A DNA stretch of 63,186 nt, filler included, from Psammoneis japonica (taxonomy: Eukaryota), in assembly GCA_008632985.1 (NCBI GenBank). It is 3 parts of 3 records of this genome, joined end to end, with 100 filler letters (N's around TTAATTAATTAA, not from the genome) between each part and the next. Parts side by side here need not be neighbours in the genome. Positions count along the whole stretch, not along the records: positions 46,134 to 63,186 come from QPGO01000444.1; 2 more parts are not named here. The stretch is one strand, 5' to 3'. The position numbers were made by a program, and so were the translations under genes. The notes beneath the pieces were generated by a model. It did not search any database. It worked only from the letters and a program-made list of their open reading frames with translations, and was not told the DNA's origin. Of the stretch, positions 59,501 to 63,186 are shown piece after piece. The number at the start of each line of letters is the position of its first letter. The first letter of the stretch is position 1.

Positions 59501-61445
59501 GCTGCACATCCTTTGGAAGCTTCTCCCACTTGTCCCTGCCAAAGATGGCACCAGGCTTGTGAGTGGGTCCCACTTCAGCTAACTCACCGTCTGCGACTTC
59601 GCAATTCTGGCCACAACAACCAAAACAGATCCGACAAGCAACTTGCATTCTGGTCCATCCCTTTTTTCGTTTGGCTTGCCATGTTCCAACACTGCACAGA
59701 GTGTCAACGACACACTGAGCTGCAATCCAAAAAAGTGTTTCTGATGCATCTTGTCCGTGTGTCGCAAATGAGTGACCACGTTGGAAAAATGAGAGGTTGG
59801 CTGGGTCGGGCAAGCAATTGCAACCATCAATTCTTGCGTCGGATTGTTGGGAGCCAAGCCGTTTTCAAATCCATGCACAAACTTGCGGAGTTGATTCACC
59901 AAGCAGAAATCGGAGATGCTGTGGAACAACTGGTGCTTGACACAGCTCCCCTCAAAGGAACCGGCAATGGGGGTTTCCTCAAAGACGACAAGGTGAGAAT
60001 GTTGTGACTTCACCTCACCCGGAATTGCAAACGGAGATGGTTCAGGAAACACTTTCACAAGCTCTTCTTTTGTGAAATTGTCTGGCGGAGGAGGAGGTGA
60101 CTGATGAGTCATGCCGAGGGTCGGCCACTTTGTTCGGGAATGTTCAAATTGTTCCTCGAGAGTCGGCACATCTTGGAGAATCAGCGATTTGTTCTGAGAA
60201 ACATCAGAAGGTTCATCATCTTTGGGGTTTTTGAGACTGGGGCTTGAGGAGCAAAGGGAGGCAGCTGAAGAGGTGGCAAGAAGAACAGAAGAATTGGAGA
60301 CAAGAAGAGGAGGACAAACAACCAATCAAACAATGTGATGGATTCACACCATTTGGATTTTTTTGTTTCCGAGCATTTTTCGTAACAGATGGAACTGCAT
60401 TGCAGATTTCTTTCTTCTTGCACTGAGTGGCAAAGTCATGAAGCCTGGCTTTCCACACAGCCTCAAAACGATCCCTTGTGGCCTTGCTTTTGCCGGAATC
60501 GTCAGCGGCAGAAACCACACGATCAATTTTCACACATCTTAAAAGAGTCTCATCGACATGTGTTGCGCGCATTTGTTCTCGCTCGACATCAAGCATCGCT
60601 GGTCGCATGGGCTTTGCCCAAGAATTTTTGTGTTGGTGGAACAATGACTTCACGAATTCAGGGAAGGACATGGGGCGTTCGTCTTTGGTCGTCTCACAGA
60701 GACCAAGAGCCAGGAAATTCTCCAAAAAGTTGATGCAAGTCGATGTCTCATCACATTCGCCGAACAGGGAGCAAAGCCAATGATCGTCATCACCATTCCT
60801 TTCAGGTGCATGCGGTGGAATCTTGTCACAAAGAATCAAAAAACCAATGTGAAGGCATTGCGCGCAATGCAAAACCTTCCCTTCAAAACTTCTCAGCTCA
60901 GTGTGCTTGACAAGTGGCTCTGCCTTTGGGTTGCACAATCCGGGATCATGGAGAAGCTTGCACAACATGGAAATCTTTGCCATCATGTTGGTTGTGATGT
61001 CTGTTGATTTTGCCTTGTCGCCGACGACTTTCACATCCTCCACTTTGGGAGCACGGCGATGCTCCAACGCATGAGGATGTTTGGCGCCTTGACTGGAATG
61101 ACTCCATCCTTTTGTGGAAAGAAAGTGCAGCAAGCTCTTGCACCCAAGTTCCTTTGCAACAATGCGGTTCACAGCCATTGGCTCTACAAAAAAATGAGGT
61201 CTGCCCTTTGACTTTTGCCACATGTGGGCAAGCGCGATCCAATTTGGAGAGGGATCACAAGTGGAATCGCAGTGGAACTGAACCTTGGATTTCACCGTCT
61301 CGATTGTCGCTTTGACGCGGCTCCGCTCGTTGCTGTCAATCACTCCAAAACCATTGGCAAAGAGAGATTCAAATGCGGCCTCCTCGAGGTGGGAACCGTT
61401 GTTGTCTTGCGACAGAGAGGCAACCGATGGGTCATGTGGCGCCAT
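56538..61445 (-). pseudogene. Long decayed minus-strand cargo gene(s), convergent with transposase B
   Basis: Chain of Tyr-free ORFs (60216-61667, 59579-60325, 59286-59813, 58780-58965, 57592-58644, 57129-57668, 56538-57095) in shifting frames; contains an HIDKED...G.T motif. Confidence 0.55.
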
Positions 61446-61699
61446 GGTTGCTGTTCCAACACCAAAAAATCTGGTTTCTGCAGAAATGTGCCAGAGTGGT
61501 GCATGGGAGAAGTCACATGTGCGCCTGGTGGGATTTGGAGTTTTAAACACAAAAACCCACCAGACGTGCGTGCAACTTCTCAAGGGGAAATCCTGCGTGA
61601 GATCACACCGGGAAAGGGCAATGCGAAGTGCAGAATTGATGAAAGAAAACACTGTGCATGACAGCATCAGGAGAAAGGGTGTGTGTGCTGGAAAACAAC

Positions 61700-63186
61700 A
61701 TGGATTTCTGCATGTGCGTCAAGGTGCGTGAAGAACACATGGGTGCCTTCAAGTGACGCATGCGAACAATCACAAAGAAACATTCAGAAATGGAGATGGC
61801 ACAGAGAGAAGTCAGAAACATGGATCCAAAACAAAGTGACACACAACAGAAAAAAAAAACAACAACAAGAGACGATGAAGGTGACGGCAACGGGATTGAT
61901 GAAAAAGAGGGATTCAGATGGAAAGACGCCGGAGATGGTGAAAACAGGTGGTGCAAAAATGAAGAAGGAAGAGAAAAACAGGACGGGCAAAATGAAGAAA
62001 GAGAAAAAGAAGCCAACAACACGACGTCAAGAGGGGAGCAGCGATGCGATTTGGCATTTTGAGGGGCCTCTTCCTCTGGATGATGTTCACCCAAATGCAA
62101 GACATGCAGTGTGGCTTTTTTGGGACGGTGACGAGGAAACATCCAACGCAGCAGCGGCACATTTGGAGTTCTTGCAAGAGAGCGGACAAGACATGTGGAA
62201 TGAAGAGGACGATGTGGACGACCAGGCAAATTGGAGCACAGTTGTTGATTGAACAACCAGTGCACACTTCACATGATGAAAATTGCATTGCATGCAATTG
62301 CAATGTTTGGCTTCCAGTTAAAGATCGTTGGTTGTTGTGAAAAAGGCAGAGCACAAAAATTAAAAAACATCTGTGTTCAAACATGAAGAACAGCAGGAGA
62401 TCAATGGTCAACTAAATGACAAAAACTGTCATGTGCAGACAAGCAGGTTTTATGATGCAGCAGTGCATTTTTGTCATGCGTGCAGATGTTACGATGTTGT
62501 GCACTCTGATGATCCAAAAGCACATGAAGTGTGCATGTCAGGAAATGCCCCTTCTGCTGACTGTTCCAGTTGTCTTTCACATCTGTCAATTGTGCCCTTG
62601 TGCCCGCATTGTTGCCCTCCATCTTGGTGTGTGTGAGCAATGCATGCAGCCCGAGTGCGTGTTCCTTGGCAACAAAGGATGCGCCGCCATTGCTCAAACT
62701 TGGTTTGCTGCAATCACGGCAGAGCTCATGAGCCGGGAGCACCTTTCCAAATTTTGCAGGTTGATGTGTGACCACGTGGGGTGTCACTGTGTGTGGCACA
62801 ATGTTGCAATTCTGCGCAAGCACCCGTGGGATTGTCCTGTGTGAGAGTGTGGTGGTGTGCCAACCTCCTCGGGCACTTTGGGACGTCAGGCAGTTGCGCC
62901 AATGACAGAGAAACCAAAAGGCATCGGAGGGGATGCTCTGTTGTGTCTATGTCTGGGGGAGCGGCGCCGTCATGGTGTCGCATCTCTTTGCATTTCTTTC
63001 CCTGATGTCAGTGTGTTTTCTACGTTAAATTCTGTGTGATTCAGCAGTTTTCAAGTCAGTTGTTTCAGCGCAAATTTCATGTGCAATTCTGCGCGTTTGG
63101 CCAGAATTTCGAGTCGACGACCGTGCAAGGTTTGTCCTCTTGTTCTTCTCACCAACACACTTCCTTTGAGTTTTTCTTTCCAATGT
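61700..63186. mobile_element. Continuation of TpA-depleted TE domain to window end
   Basis: Same composition; acidic/Cys-rich plus-strand remnants; no family motif recognised. Confidence 0.4.

Overview
Eukaryotic genomic DNA, most likely a diatom (inferred from short GT-AG introns, a CoDi-type Ty1/copia element and stramenopile-style gene families). It consists of three contigs joined by artificial N/TTAATTAATTAA/N linkers at 23109-23208 and 46034-46133. Islands of ordinary host genes (COG0523/CobW GTPase, nitroreductase, desaturase-like, Got1/Sft2, PT-repeat/ricin-lectin, DUF6151-like, sulfotransferase-like, RDD, BTB, and a small uncharacterised family in 3 copies) alternate with large transposon domains. 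These contain a copia LTR element with TSD, a CRE-like non-LTR element, two TA-flanked MITEs, a TRIM, a YqaJ/piggyBac-like element and two Plavaka-type elements. The main signal is a repeat-restricted hypermutation that converts TpA to TpG or CpA (A:T->G:C), the opposite direction to fungal RIP, superimposed on CpG decay. It is seen directly in pairs of repeat copies, LTR pairs and TIR pairs. It turns conserved Tyr codons into Cys/His, spares TTAA/CTAA-type sites, affects retro- and DNA transposons on both strands, and stops near host genes. It looks like an undescribed RIP-like genome-defence process; the mechanism cannot be read from the sequence. Counts are by-eye and approximate. Domain calls are from motif recognition, not database searches.
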